The notes beneath the pieces are model-generated. The model worked only from the letters and a program-made list of their open reading frames with translations. It searched no databases and was not told the origin of the DNA. Both the position numbers and the translations under genes were made by a program. From the NCBI RefSeq assembly GCF_009914755.1, contig NC_060940.1: DNA of 64,000 nt; one strand, given 5' to 3'. The first letter of the stretch is position 1. Each line of letters starts with the position of its first letter. The stretch comes from the human T2T-CHM13v2.0 reference genome, Homo sapiens. This document shows positions 40,925 to 55,328 of the stretch, one piece after another.

Positions 40925-41839
40925 GTAAGTGCTCATTTTGTCCTGACTTAGGATGTCTGTGAAGTCTAGTGGAAATGAAAGCAATAGAAAAATCTTGCGT
41001 CACAGCCCTGCAACTTCACTGCCCAGGGCAGACATCTGTAATCAACCACAGCACAGTTCATCCCTTAGCAAGAAGGTCACTACTAATTGATCAGGGAAGG
41101 CTCATGAGATCAAACATACTTAGCATCTTTAATGTATGAGCTCCAGAAATGAAGTCATTTTTGCCAGGGTTGAGGGGTAGGCAGGCAGTTAAACAGCTTC
41201 TTATTGGGAACAATGAGGGTGCTTGCCTATATTTCATCATTGAACTTTGAAGGTGAGTGAAGCCCACATCCTTGCATTATGCCACAATTTTATTAGCACT
41301 GGAGGTACCAGAGCTTGGCCATGTAAGAATATAATTGAACCAAACAGATCTATACCTTAGGGCAATGCATTTTTTAAAATCGATTTCAACTCTACGTTAT
41401 TATTGTTGCTTGATAAGGAACTAATGTAATTTCTAATGAAGCCACATGGCCCTTGGATAGAGGAAGTAAGATTTTTATTTCCTCCACGATGTTGTATCCA
41501 CTCTTCAATTAAAACCTGAGAAGGAAAATTAATACAAATGTAAGAATGTTTTTCCTCAAGATTAGTGTCAAGATAGCATCTTTTTATTATATATGTAAAT
41601 TTCCTGTGTAATAGGATTGGAGAGGATTGCATGGCTGGCCCTTGAGTGGATTGGGGATGGTTTAAGTGGCAAAGGAGGCTTTGTGGGGAGGCGGAATCTA
41701 TGCTTGCTGTCATTTAAGTGGTGATTAGGGCATGCTCTGTGCCCTCTTGTTCCTCCTCCCACCCCTCTTACTGTCCACCCTTCCCCAGGTTCCTACTGTT
41801 GGCTGCCAGTTATGGGTAGAAGAGTTTGAGTAGCTCCTT

Positions 41840-42434
41840 TTTAAACAAATTGTGTTGAGGTGAAATTCACATAGCATAATATTAGCCATTTTCAAATGAA
41901 CAATTGAGAAGTATTTAGTACCTTCACAGTGTTGGGCAATCGCTACCTCTCTGTACTTCCAAAACATTTTCATCATGCCAAAGTAAAGCCCTGTACCCAT
42001 TAAGCAGTCTCCCCTGTTGTTCTCCTCTCCCTTCAGCCCCTGACAGACACCAGTCTGCATTCTGTCTCTGTGGGCTCACCTATTCTGAGTTTTTCACATA
42101 AGTGGAATCATATAGTAAGTGGCCTTTTGTGTCTGGCTTCTTTTACCAAGAAAACAGTTTGGCAGTTCCTCCAAAAGTTAAACATAGAATTACCATATGG
42201 CCCAGCAATTTCACTCCTACATATATACCCCAAATTGCTGAGAACAGGTACTCAAACAAGCACATGGACACACGACTTCACAGTGACATTATTCATGGAA
42301 GCCAAAAGGAGAAATAGCTGACATGTCCAAATAAAATGTGGTCTATCCATGCAGTGGAATATTATACAGCCATAAAAAGGGAGGAAGCAGAAATCCATTC
42401 TACAACTTGGATGAATCTTGAACACATTATGCTG
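41840..42434 (-). mobile_element. L1MB-like element with 5' inversion (41840-42143 minus; 42145-42434 plus)
   Basis: Orientation flips at ...gtgtctggcttctttt|accaagaaaacagtttggcag; TSD gtagctccYttt. Confidence 0.85.
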
Positions 42435-43159
42435 TGTAGCTCCCTTTGGCTTGACGTGGATCCTCTCTGTGCTGACATTGGCTGGTTTATCAGAAACACA
42501 GTTACAAGTTGTGAGATCCTGGGAGATTGGATCCATCTCAGGACAGAGGTCGCTACTTCTTCACTTGGCTTCCCGCCCCGTCCCTTAGCTTAATTCTAGC
42601 TTCTGGGGCTGGGAACTGAGAACAGAACATATTTATACCTTTTCCCTTGCTCTTGGTAGGTGTCTGCCCGTGCTGTGGTCACCCTGAACCACTCTGCTTT
42701 CTGCAGGACCTGGTGGGGATGGCTGGATCTGACCAGTAGAGGTTTTCTTGGGAGGTGGGTACTAGAGCGGGCAAGCTCTGGCCTGTCTGTTGCCTCCTCT
42801 TCTGCTGCTTTGGAGAGCATGGAGCAGGTGGTGGAGGGGTTCTCTCAGGTGCAGCTGCCTTCAGGCATTTTGCACTGCTGGGAGCTTCTCAGAGTCCTCT
42901 TTCTTTGTGGGGAGTAACATCCCAGCACCTGTGCTCATTCCCCAGCACACCCCCCATGTAGACAAGTCATTTCAGGACTAGTTGGGTGTTTGGGAGGTGG
43001 GCTCTGTTAAAAGCCAACAGAGCAAGGAAGCATCTAATGAAGTGTTTGTTGTGGTGGGGGAGCAGTTTATAACATGCCAGGGATTATCCCAGGTGCCTTA
43101 TTCACGTGCATTCATTGCTTCTGTCTACGCTGCCTGAGTGATGGCACCATTGTTTCCCT

Positions 43160-43750
43160 CTTTATTAATCAGTTTATAATGGAAATTCATATAACATGAA
43201 GTTAGGCGTTTTACAGTGAGCAGCTCCGTGGGTTTTATTGCATTCACAATGCGGTGCCACCATACCTTTATGTAGTTCCAAAGCATTTTTGTCACCCCCA
43301 AAGGAGACCCTGCGACCATTAAGCAGTCACTCCCCCTTCCTCCATCCCCAGCCCCTGACAACTGCTAGTCTGCATCCTGCCCCTGTGGATTTACCTCTTT
43401 TGGATATTTTATATAAATGGAATTGTATAGTATGTGGTCTTCCGTATCTGGCTTCTTTCATTCAGCACAATGTTTTTGAGGTTTATTCATATCGTAGCAT
43501 TCTCTCCTTTTTATGGCTGAATAATATTCCATTGGAAGGCAAGACCACATGATTATCCATTCATCTAGGGGTGGAAATTTGGGTTGTGTCTACCTTTTGT
43601 CTATTGCAAAGAGTGTGCCACCATAAACATTTGTGCCCATGTACTTGTCTGAGTTCCTGTTTTTGGTTCTTGTGGGTATATACCTAGGAGTGGAATTGTT
43701 GGGCCATATGGTAATTCTGTGTTTAACTTATTGAGGAGGTGCCAGGCTGT
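43160..43750 (-). mobile_element. L1MB-like 3' end inserted in a MIR
   Basis: cattaagcagtcactcccc...tatacctaggagtggaattgttgggccatatggtaattc. Confidence 0.85.
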
Positions 43751-44513
43751 CACCATCTTTTAACAAAGGGAAACAGACTCAGCAGGGTTTCTCCCAGAGC
43801 TCCCAGAGTGAGGAACAGAGCCGAGGTCTCAAGCCTGCAAGGCTGGCCTTCACCCGTGTTTCCACCCACCATGCTGTCCTGCATGTGGAACATCAGCCCT
43901 GGGTAGCATGGTTCTAGGCTGTGCACTGGGCTTGGGCAAAGAAGGGGGTAGGAGATCGAGGGAAGGGGAGACAGGCTCTTCTCACCTAGAGGGACCAAAT
44001 GTGTCTATTCCTGGTCCCTGGTATACCCCCTTTTCCCACTGCAGCCCCTTAACCTCTAAACGTTGGGAAGTCTGTGCAGTTTCTGGGTCATTTGATTGCG
44101 TTGGTTTGTTGATAGGTTGTTTAACCCAGATACACATGCACACATTCTCTCTGTCTGTCTCTCTCAATCTCTATTTATCTCTCTCCCTCTACCTTTCTAT
44201 CTCAGGGCTGTCAAAGGCAACTTGACAGAATAATAACAATTCAGTGGGCGTCACCCGTGAGCCATATGATAACCCATCAGCCTAAATCCATGCAGCATCT
44301 GAGCAACTGGGTCTCATCATCTCTCTTTTTCTACCATGGAGTGCAGGACCCCAGAGAGCTGAGGTAACCTGCCCACAGTCACACTGCTTGTAAGTGGCAG
44401 AGCTGGGATTTGAACCCTGGTCTGTCCGCCTCTGCAGCCTGGAACCCTCCCATTGCATCTAGAGGCTTCTCCAGGCTCCCTGAAAGCATCAGCATTTTTC
44501 ATACCAGTGCAGT

Positions 44514-44803
<290 letters not shown>

Positions 44804-46599
44804 TGATTGATTACTTTTAAAAACTCATTACAGTCTCGGCTTTCTCAGATCCACACAGCCCCCAGAGCATCTTTAGATGCTAAAAAGTTCTTAGTCGGAT
44901 GTGAGAAAATGGGAATTCCTATTGAGGAAATGGCGTTCTGTTCCTCTTTGAAGAGAGGCTCAGGAACCAGCGTATTGAAAAACAGGTGATCTAGTCTCTA
45001 CAGTTGAGATGTTTTTTAACTGGCCTTGCATTTCTGCCTTTTCAGTATTTCAGTGACTGGGTTGAGGTAGGAATCTGTTGAGTGGTGTCCTTTTTCTCTC
45101 GGAGAGATGCTCTATGAAACTAACAGAGAGGATCCAGGTCCCTACCATTGCTGGCAGCCCAGGAAGCTGAAGATGAGACCCTTCCCAGGTGGGAAGGAGA
45201 AGAAAATGATAAAAGGTGGCATGGGCATGTAGGTGCCCACCCCCGGAGAACCCTCTGTCTCTCCAGGCACCAGGGCAGTTACATGGTCTGCCTGGGAAGG
45301 AACTTCCCCAAGGCAGAACATCCCCCAGGTCCTCACTCCTGAGTGTGATAAAGCACTCGTGGGACCTCGGGAGTATTTACACCTGCTCTGAGCCCAAGCT
45401 TCAGTGGCAATAATTCTCTGACCTTTTTAAATGGATAAATCTCCTTGGCAGCGGTATATTTCTAGAGTCTAGCCTAGAGTGGGGATCAAGGTCCTGGCGA
45501 GATGTGGCTAGACCAAGGAGAAGATTTATTATCCTTGAAGGGGGTGTGTTTTGGAAGCTGCCATGCCCTCAGCCCCGCTTCATGCAGCATGGGTGGAAAA
45601 AAGTGTGTTTTTGGCTGGAGTGTGGGTCCTTGTGTCACCTCCCCGACAGATGAAAGCAGGCAGGCTGTTTTTCAGATTGCGGTGGATTTATTCCTTTGAT
45701 CTCCTTGCCTTGTCTGCCTTCTCTGTGACTTCTGACGGATGCTCTTTTCTCATGTCTCTGTTATTTGCCGTCACACAGAAAACGGGGTGAGAATCTTATT
45801 ATCACGGCTCTCTCCCTGCCTTCTAGCATCACCAGGGAGCATAATAACCTCTGTGGTTGGCAGCACCCTCCTTTTTATTCTGTTTCGGTTCCTCCTCACT
45901 CCAGAGCTTCCACCCACGAGGCATAGGGAAGCCTGGGGAGGTGGGCCTGGCATTGCTTGTACACCTACTGTGTTCCAGGCACCTTACAAATGTGATCTCG
46001 TGTAATCCTCCCAACATTGTCCCCCCAACCCCCATTGCAAGAAAGATTATTATTAAACCCATTTGCAGCAGGGGGGATCCTCAGGGTTAGATAGGCGAAT
46101 AACCTTCCCAGGCTACCAGGTCTCCCGGCTCACCACAGACAGGGCAAGGATTAAAATCTTGGTCAGACTGACTGGGGAGTATTTGCTCTTTTTAATGCTA
46201 TCCCAGGGGTCAGGAGGGTCCGTGTGCATGCTGGAATGAAATCTTCTTCTCGTCTTCCAGGCTCCTTAATTATTTCTTAGAGTGATTTCTGTGCTGCCCT
46301 CCTGGACTGGGTCTCACCTCCTTTCATCAGCTGTTTGTAAATTCACAGCGCCTTCCCTGTTTGAGAGGCTGGGACTGGCTTCCCAGTTGATCATTTCCTA
46401 ACAGAAGGAATGTTCTTTCTTGCTCTGCAAGTGTCAGCTCATAATTACCAGCGTAATTAGAGCAGGATTTGCCATCTGATCCTCCATGGAAGCTGCACGC
46501 CTGTCTGCATAGGTAACTTTGGCGTAGAAGGGTGTCTGACTTCCAGAGGAACTCAGGTTGTCGTAGGGGATCCAGCAGAAACACATGGAATTCCTGCTC

Positions 46600-46970
46600 A
46601 AAGTCCCAAGGCTTCCCGTTGTTATCAGACTATGTCCAGACAGTCTGACACTGACACCAGCTGGCTCCAGTCACCTTTCTGACATTGCCTCTGCCCCTGC
46701 CTTGATCCATGAGGCTCTCAGAGCTGATGTCCCTCCTCCCGAGGAGACTTTGATGACTGCCCTGGCTCAAACATGCCCCTTTCCATTGCCCTGTTCTGTC
46801 TTTTCCATGGCACTCAGCATGATCTGAAATAATATTCCTTTTTTGTTCTCATGTTTATTTACATGATTTCTTCCCACAAAAATATATGCTCCCCAAGAAA
46901 TATGTCTCATTCACTGTGATAGCTCCTGGGCATGGCATATAATGAACATCTGATAAATATTTGTTAGGTG
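46600..46970 (+). mobile_element. L2 3' part
   Basis: tgtctcattcactgtgatagctcc...ggcatataatgaacatctgataaatatttgtt. Confidence 0.65.
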
Positions 46971-47199
46971 AGAAACAGACCTTACCTGACACCTCATTAC
47001 TCCTGTTACACTGTGATGTCTCATTGCTTATCATCATACCTCTTTTTAATTACTTTCTGTACTTACCCTGTTTTTTTTTCTTTTTTTCTTTTTTGCAGGG
47101 CTATGGATCTATAAAATTCCTAATAAGCAGTACCTCACCTTTTTATTCCATTCCCAGTACCTTGTGTAGTACTTAGTAGAGAGTAGATAATGCACGTTG

Positions 47200-47745
47200 C
47201 ATGGGTGGGTAGGTGGATGGATGGATGGATGGAAGAGTGGGTAGATGAATGGATGAAAAGATGGACGTAAGGAAGGATGGGTGGATGGATGGAAGGATAG
47301 ATGTAAGGGTGGGTGGGTGGATGGACAGAAGGAAGGAAGGATGGGTGGGTAGATGGTTGGATGGATGAGTGGGTGGGTGGGTGGGTGGATGGATGGATGG
47401 ATGAATAGAAGGATGGGTAGAAGGATGGATGGAAAGGTGAGTGGGTAGATGGATAGATGAATTGAAAGAGGGAAGGTGGGTGGGTGGAAGGATAGATGTA
47501 AGGGTGGGTGGATAGATGGATGGAAGGTAGATGGATGGAAAGACAGATGTAAGGGGGGTGGGTAAATGGATGGAATGAAGGAAGGAAGGGTGGGTGGGTA
47601 GGTAGATGGATGGATGGGTGGGTGGGTGATGGGTGGATGGATGGTACACAGATGGATAGATGGATAGGTGGATGGATGGATGAGTAGATGTGTGAATGGA
47701 TGGAAGTAAGGAAGGAAGGAAGGATGAATGGGTGGATGGACAGAC
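47200..47745. repeat. (GGAT/GGGT/GGAA)n complex microsatellite grown from an L2 tail
   Basis: ~550 bp purine-rich tetranucleotide array right after an L2-like 3' end. Confidence 0.95.
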
Positions 47746-48041
47746 AAGTGGGCAAGTCTGGCTGAATTTTCCTGAGTTTGTGACCATATTCCAAAGCAAA
47801 TAAGAATTTCTTTGGCATTACTCCATCTTGGATTATTCAAACCCTACCCATTATTCAACTACAGCATTAGCCAAGGTGCTCGTGAACTTCTAAGCATTAG
47901 GAACTTGTCACAACAGGACTTTTAAAAATTAATTTCCACTTACACTATAGGCTGAGAAAGTAGATTGTACAGAACCTACTGAGGGGACTTCGTTAAAGCT
48001 TAACTTGTTCATTAATGTGTGTTTAAAAAATACCCCTGGAC

Positions 48042-48426
<385 letters not shown>

Positions 48427-48559
48427 TCATATGAGATAGGTTGGTTAGGATCTTCCAGAGTTAGTTTATTTCTGTTTGTTTTTCTTGGTACTGGCCAAAT
48501 ATTGTCCCGTACATATTCTGAGCCCATGCTATTTGACTCACAAAGGCTATTTATTGACT

Positions 48560-48980
48560 AGCATTGGCTATGGATTGAACCTTTTATTAATAGAAAATGA
48601 CCATCTTGAGCTTGGCTGATGCATCCTACCTTGGGTTTTTCTGAAACCAGCATTATTCTCCATTCTTTCTTTGGTTCCGATGGGTAGGCCTGGGCATGCT
48701 ACCCTTCATTTTGTAAGATTTCCTTTTGTTGTAGGTGTCTCTTGGAAGTGGCACATGGATGGATTTCGTTTATTCAGCCAGTCTGAGAATCCTAGTCTTT
48801 TAATAGAGGAATTTAGTGCAAATATATTTGCCGTAATAGATATGTTTGATCTTCTGTCATTTAAAAAATTATTTATTACAAAGACTTTTCTTGCTGCTTC
48901 ATTTGTTTTCTCTGTTCTTTGCTCTGTAGAGTCTGTTAAATTTGCTTTTATCTTACCTGCTGATTTGAAGGTAGGCATCC
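48560..48980 (-). mobile_element. Ancient L1M fragment spanning the ORF2 endonuclease N-terminus
   Basis: ORF 48706-48978(-) contains NISITANIFALNSSIKRLGFSDWLNKRNPSMCHFQET, resembling L1 ORF2 ITILTLNVNGLNSPIKRHRLASWIKSQDPSVCCIQET. Confidence 0.75.
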
Positions 48981-49464
48981 TGCTATTAATTCTACATTCG
49001 ATTTAAGTTGAGCCTTGAAGTTCTTCTGAAAAGGCTGCTGTAACCCTTGTTTCTCTAAGATTCAAAGTCAAGAATGAGATGACAGCTTTAAACTGTGTCC
49101 AGATAGGATGAGGAAATTTAGCTCAGCTGCATTTTGCATTTTTCTGCACCTTCTTCCAGCCTCTTCCCAGGCATTGTCAACTATAATTGGGACCTTCAGA
49201 GCCAGCTAAATGTCAATAATTTATAATTTTGACATAGGTATAGTAATCGGTAATATTTATGTGGAGGGTTAATATTTAGCAGGTGCTGTGCTTAAGCACC
49301 ACATATAGAATTTCTCACCTAATCTTTGTGACAACCCAGTGAGGAGCCAGTCCTTTGCTTCCACTGTTTAAATGGTGAAGGTGAGTCTTTGAGGTTTCAT
49401 AAGATGCCTACAGCCACATATCTGAGGAAGTGGCAGAGCCAAGAGTGCCTGGACCTGGCTCTAG

Positions 49465-49605
49465 TTTTTTATTTTTATTTTTATTTTAAGATGAGGCCTT
49501 GCTATGTTATCCAGGCCGAAGTGCAAGTACAGTGGCACGATCATAGCCCACTGCAGTCTCAAACTCCTGTGTGCAAGTGATCCTCCTGCCCTGGCCTCCA
49601 AAGTG
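49465..49605 (-). mobile_element. Alu monomer (FAM/FRAM/AluJ part) in a MIR
   Basis: Single arm; TSD tggctctag. Confidence 0.75.
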
Positions 49606-49779
49606 TGGCTCTAGCTCTTAACCATGACTGTCTTGCTCCTCTGTCAGAATTACTGCTGCCAAGTGTACGTGGCTTTGAAAAATGTATTTATACCAAGCAG
49701 CTCATCCAGGCTCCTCCCTGCCTTGTTTCCAGCCACAGTGCCCCCTCCTTCTCTTAGACTTATGTTATTGACCCCAGAC

Positions 49780-50100
49780 TTTGAGACCAGCACCACTCAC
49801 GTTTTAATGCATAAAGGGAGACCCTGGGCACCCTTGTTAAAATGCAGAATCAGGCAATGCATGTTACATACCTTGATTTAGCTGTTCTGCAGTGTACACA
49901 TATCGCAAAACATCATGTCATATACCATGAATATATGCCATATTTTACTTGTCAATTAAAAAAATAATAAAGTGCAGAATCTGATTCGGTAAATCTGGAG
50001 TGAGACCAGACATTTCTTATATGCTCCAAACTGGAGAGGCTGAGGCTGCTGTTCCTAATGCCTTCATGTGATTGCAAGATTCTCCATTACTCTAGAACAC
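49780..50100. mobile_element. MER5A split by a short L1MA 3' end (49852-49968, +)
   Basis: cttgttaaaatgcagaatc | L1 tail ...acttgtcaattaaaaaaa | aaagtgcagaatctgattc; 13-bp TSD. Confidence 0.8.
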
Positions 50101-50679
50101 AGTCGTTCTCCCTACTTAATTGACATAGTTTTAATTGGACCGTGAGCTCATTACTCATTCGTGTAGTGGTCAAGTAAGTGAACTCTGAAGACAACTGCCT
50201 CAATTTGAAGCTCAGCCCTGGCACTCACAGGTTTAACAGTGTCCATCTTACCGGGTCATTGTGGAGTTGAAGCAAAGTAAGATAAATTAAGTGTTTTGAG
50301 TAGTGTCTGGAATTTACTTGTTGAGGACAAGATACATGTTTAATATGATTTGCTCCATGGATGCCTTTTAATTTATCGCTGCACAAACCACCAGCTCCTT
50401 TCCCTGCCTCTTGGGTGCCTCTGGGTTTGTGCAGACCCTGCCTTTAACTTCGAAGTTTCTTCTATTTTCTGGGCAGAAATCCTTTCCTCAAGATGGCTAG
50501 AGTCTTGCGTCTTCCAGGCAGCCCTCCAAGTTAACCTTTCTCAATCTAGTTCTCCCAGTTATTCAAATAAAAATGTCTACCTCTCCATCTAGCCATGATA
50601 GCACATACTAAACTTTTTGTAACTGATGTTATCTGTATATACAGATTTGGAAAACACACATTGGTAAACTATTTTGGTG

Positions 50680-50902
50680 TTTATTTATTTATTTATTTTT
50701 TTGAGACAGGTCTCGCTCTGTCACCCAGGCTGGAGTGTGGTGGTACAATGAAGGCTCACAGCAGCCTCGACCTCCTGGGCTCAGGCGATACCTCCCACCT
50801 TAGCCTCCTGAGTAGCTGCAAGCACAGGCGCATGCCACTACATCCAGCTAATTTTAAAAATTATTTGTAGAGATGGGGTCTTGCTTTGTTGCCCAGGCTG
50901 AA
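50680..50902 (-). mobile_element. AluJ, 5'-truncated
   Basis: gcagcctcgacctcctgggctcagg. Confidence 0.9.
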
Positions 50903-52284
50903 GATATTTTTGGTGCCTGTATTTTTTTTCCTAGCCACAGGCCTTAGAGCTGGTTTCAGGGGAACTGAAAAGTTGCACTCAATGCGCTGCTACGTTGGCA
51001 GATGGATGATGGTGATGGTGCTGGGGAAGGAGGTAATGATTTTGATTATGATTATCTCACGACCAATCAAATACCCAAAGAGCTAGGAGAGAAATGCTCA
51101 GCCCCTCCTGGGGACAGGCTGCCTTTCCTACCAGGTGGCCCAGACTGTCACTTCCAATTTGGGAAACGATCTTACTTTGCATAAGTTATTGAAGTAATTG
51201 CACGGGCTGTTTCTCTTAATCTACAAGAAGCTGAGTTGGCATGGGACAACTAATAGGGTTCATTCTGATATTTGTCTAGACGATATTTGATCCATAGTCA
51301 GTATCTTACTGCTTACCCTCATTGCAAATCTTCCTATCTGGGGGCTGGGGTGCATATAACACCAGTCTCTCTTCTCTCCTGATGGGCATGTATGTCAGGA
51401 CGAATTTCTGTTATGGGTGCTTTATAGCTTTCTGATCACAGAAAAGACCTCCTAGAAATGCGTACTTGCAAAATGACATGTTGTCTCACTGAAGGAAATT
51501 TCTGGCTCAGACACTATTGTTCTTCCCTGGCCAGTTAGCGTGATGTTTTTCGTTAGCTGAGACAGAAAGGGCGTGATGTGAAACTCAACTTGCTCAGCCC
51601 CAAATGCAGTTCTCCTTGGTTCTCATTACGCATCACCGTGGCCCACCTCACTCCCCACTTCTAGGTAACCCTTCCTTTTGTTTTGGCAGCTCAGTAGGGA
51701 GGGATCAGGGGATCCACACACCATGGAGCTGAAATTCTGTGTTCCTCCACTTTCCTTGGAGAAGCAGATGACAGGGAAGCAGCCAAACATTCCCTGATTC
51801 CGCAGCCAAATGTTATGTCCTCCCTTGGGGCTCAGCTTGGCGGAGTAAATTTCAGAGCCTTGGCATTCTTCTTCCCAATTTAGGTTAGACTAGCGAAGGG
51901 AGTTTGATTTCTAAAAGCCGGATGATATTCACATTGTCCGATCCAAGCTGCCAGACGGTTAGAGTGGGCTAGCAGAGGAGAAGGAAGGCTCTGAGCATGG
52001 GGATTTGTGCTTCTGGAGGGGGAGTTCCTGGTGTGCTTCCAGGAACGGGTAATGAATGTGCAGTTATTTAATTTGGAATCAGAGCTGCAGCATTATTGAT
52101 TACCTGGGACATCTAAAGCTCTAGACAGTGAAAGCCCCTTGCAAGAAATGCATCTATAGCAAATCATCAAGCATTTAGAATTAAACACGTACACATAAAA
52201 CACATACAAGGTAATTCTCATTGGCCTTATGAATGCAGGATTAGAAGCGCTAACAAATTCTAATATGACCCCCCAAGATTCCGA

Positions 52285-52754
52285 TGTGCAGAAGGGGAAC
52301 AAATGGGTAGCATCTGCTTATCTTTCCAGACCCGCTTTCTGCTCTTCTCCACTGTTCTTTGTGCCCTGGTAGGCTTTCCTGTGTAAACCCCAGCACGAGG
52401 CACCTTTTCCCACTGGTTTCTCATTGGGTTTGGGCAATAGGGAGCCATAGTATGTTACAGGAGGAGGCAGGAGGGAAGAGGGCATTTATAGGCCCTACTC
52501 CCTCCCATGGGCTGCTATATTCCTAAGCTAAGATCTCTGCTGCTGTCAGGCAACCCTCTCTGTCTGTATTTGGGTTTAGGGATGAGGGCAGAGGTGGGAT
52601 CCTCACTATCACTAGCTGCAGGGCACCAGATTATAACTTGTGGCTCCTTTACCCCCTACCCATACCTTTATGAATAGTCCTTTTATTAATTTCCTCACAA
52701 CTTATCTTAATTTGAACTTGCCATCTGTTCCCTTCCAGGACCCTGGCTGCCACA
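52285..52754 (+). mobile_element. LTR33-like (ERVL) solo LTR
   Basis: ctggtttctcattgggtttgggcaatagggag; end tgccatctgttcccttccaggaccctggctgccaca. Confidence 0.65.
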
Positions 52755-52935
52755 AGGGGTGAGAGACGGCTTATTCCATTACATAAAAATGCGGTCACAG
52801 TTTAAATGTCGCCTTTGCAGAGAGACTTCCTCGGCCCTCATTATCTTCTGTCATGGCCTCTGTTTGATTTCCTTCATGGCCCTTGTCAAATCTTGGTGCT
52901 GTCATTTGATTGGCACCAAGCCTTGTTGCCAATCA

Positions 52936-53463
<528 letters not shown>

Positions 53464-54019
53464 CTACCTGTATTCATGGTGGTCAGACGTGTCCTTGGAC
53501 TTCTTAAAACATTCCTTAAGCTCCAATTTGCTTCCTGTTTCCCACCAGGCATTTTGCTCAGATGCAGTGGCACAGACTGGTCTTCAGTGTCCAGGGTCCT
53601 TCCCTTCCTTGGTTTCTTTCTCCCCACCCTCCAGCCCAGCCCACAGGAGGTCAAGAGCTTGGCCTTCCTCCTTGCCTACAGGCCTGGCTTTCTCCTGTTC
53701 AGGGTCAGAAAGTGGTGTTCTGCATCCAGGCTTGCTGGGCTCCAGTCCAGGGTGGCTCACATGCTTAAGTGGGAGGTCTCCTCCGCAGAGAGGGAAGCTA
53801 TCTCAGATTCACAGAATGACTTGTGATCTAGGTTTTCTTTCATCCGGAGATGCATAAAAGAAATCCCTGCTGTGCTCTGTAGAATCGCTAATGATGTGTG
53901 TTGAAGCTTTTGACCAGGGGTCAAAGCCATTGGGGGATTTTCTCCTAATCTCTCTCCAAGGTCCCAAAGAGGATGAGATAAAAGCACACCCACATGTACT
54001 ACACATCCATAAACACCTC

Positions 54020-54900
54020 GCCCATCTATGCATCATGTATAGATTATTTAAAAAAAAAAACCCAACAACACAATTTACAGCTTCCTTTCTCAAACATACA
54101 GACAAGTATTAAGAAGAAAACAAAAAATGTTCCATGAACTCACTACCATAATAAACCCTGCTGCCGCTGAAAATGCACGGGATTAGACAATTCAAATGGT
54201 ATAGAAAGATGCACAATGCCCTGTTCGCCCAGTCCACCAGCCCAGCCTATTTTAGTTCCCAATGGCTTTCTTAATTCTTTGTAGAGAATTCACCCATGGC
54301 TATGCTAGTGTGTATGTGAGTGTGCACATGTAGCCTTGAATATTTATACCAGAGTGGTCATTCATAACACACTCTTTTGTGACTTGCTTTGTTTCCCTTT
54401 GTCTTGTATCTTGGAGCCCCTTCCAGATCAGCAGAAACAGTTCTGTGCCTTTCTTCTCAGTGCATGCATAATATGTCACCAAGTGGATGTACCATGACTT
54501 GTTTGATTTTGACAGTTGGGTTGTTTCCACTGATTTGCTCTTAGAAGCAATATTTCACTGAAACGTTATTGCCACATATATTTTCATATTTTGCAAGGCA
54601 ATCTATGTAGTATATATTCTGGAGGTGGAATGCTCCGTCTAAAGTCTGAGCTGAGCATTCATGCAGGTTGTAGCAACCTACACAATCAGAACATTGAATG
54701 TGAATGCCTGTTATCCCACACAAGTCTACTAGCTCTAAAAATACTCCGACTCTCACTGTTGGAAGTGAAGGAGTTAGTTTGTTCCTCTTCTTTGCACTTA
54801 GATTGATCTTCACAACCTCTGCGGAGGCACTTTTCATACCTCAAAATGTTGAGTTGATTTTTCTTTTCATGTCTGGCTTCCTCATTAGACTGGTGTAATC
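54020..54900 (-). mobile_element. L1ME-like 3' remnant
   Basis: gcataatatgtcaccaagtggatgtaccatgacttg...ttgggttgtttcca. Confidence 0.6.
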
Positions 54901-55328
54901 CAAGGCAGGACTGGGGTCTTCTCTTGAGCATCTTCACCCCAGCATAATGTCTGGTTTCTTGTTGACACCCATGACCTATTTCCTTGGAATTTTCTAGAAG
55001 GAATTAAGAAAGCCATTGGGAACTAAAATAGGCTGCGCTGATGGACTGGGAGAACAGGGCATTTTGTATCTTTCAATACCATTTGAATTGTCTAACCCAG
55101 TGTATTTTCAGTGTCAGCAGGGTTTATTATGGTAGTAAGTTCATGGACCATTTTTGGTTTTCTTGTTACTACTTGTCTGTATTTTTGAGAAATGAAATGA
55201 TAAAAGTTGTGTTGTTGTTTTCTTTCATCTCTACGTGATGCATAGATGCTTGATCATGGCTATTTGTCCTGTCCTGGGAAAGAAGATACCAAGTGCTTCA
55301 CTTTCCCTAAAATGTCACAGTCAGCTCT

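Noticed and set aside
41628-41633. TGCATG (RBFOX element) downstream of the microexon, suggesting autoregulation
   Set aside because: A single hexamer ~700 nt away; chance frequency is high and conservation is unknown.
47109-47840. Three overlapping 208-243 aa His/Pro/Ser-rich ORFs
   Set aside because: They are translations of the (CCAT)n microsatellite, which lacks stop codons in all three frames.
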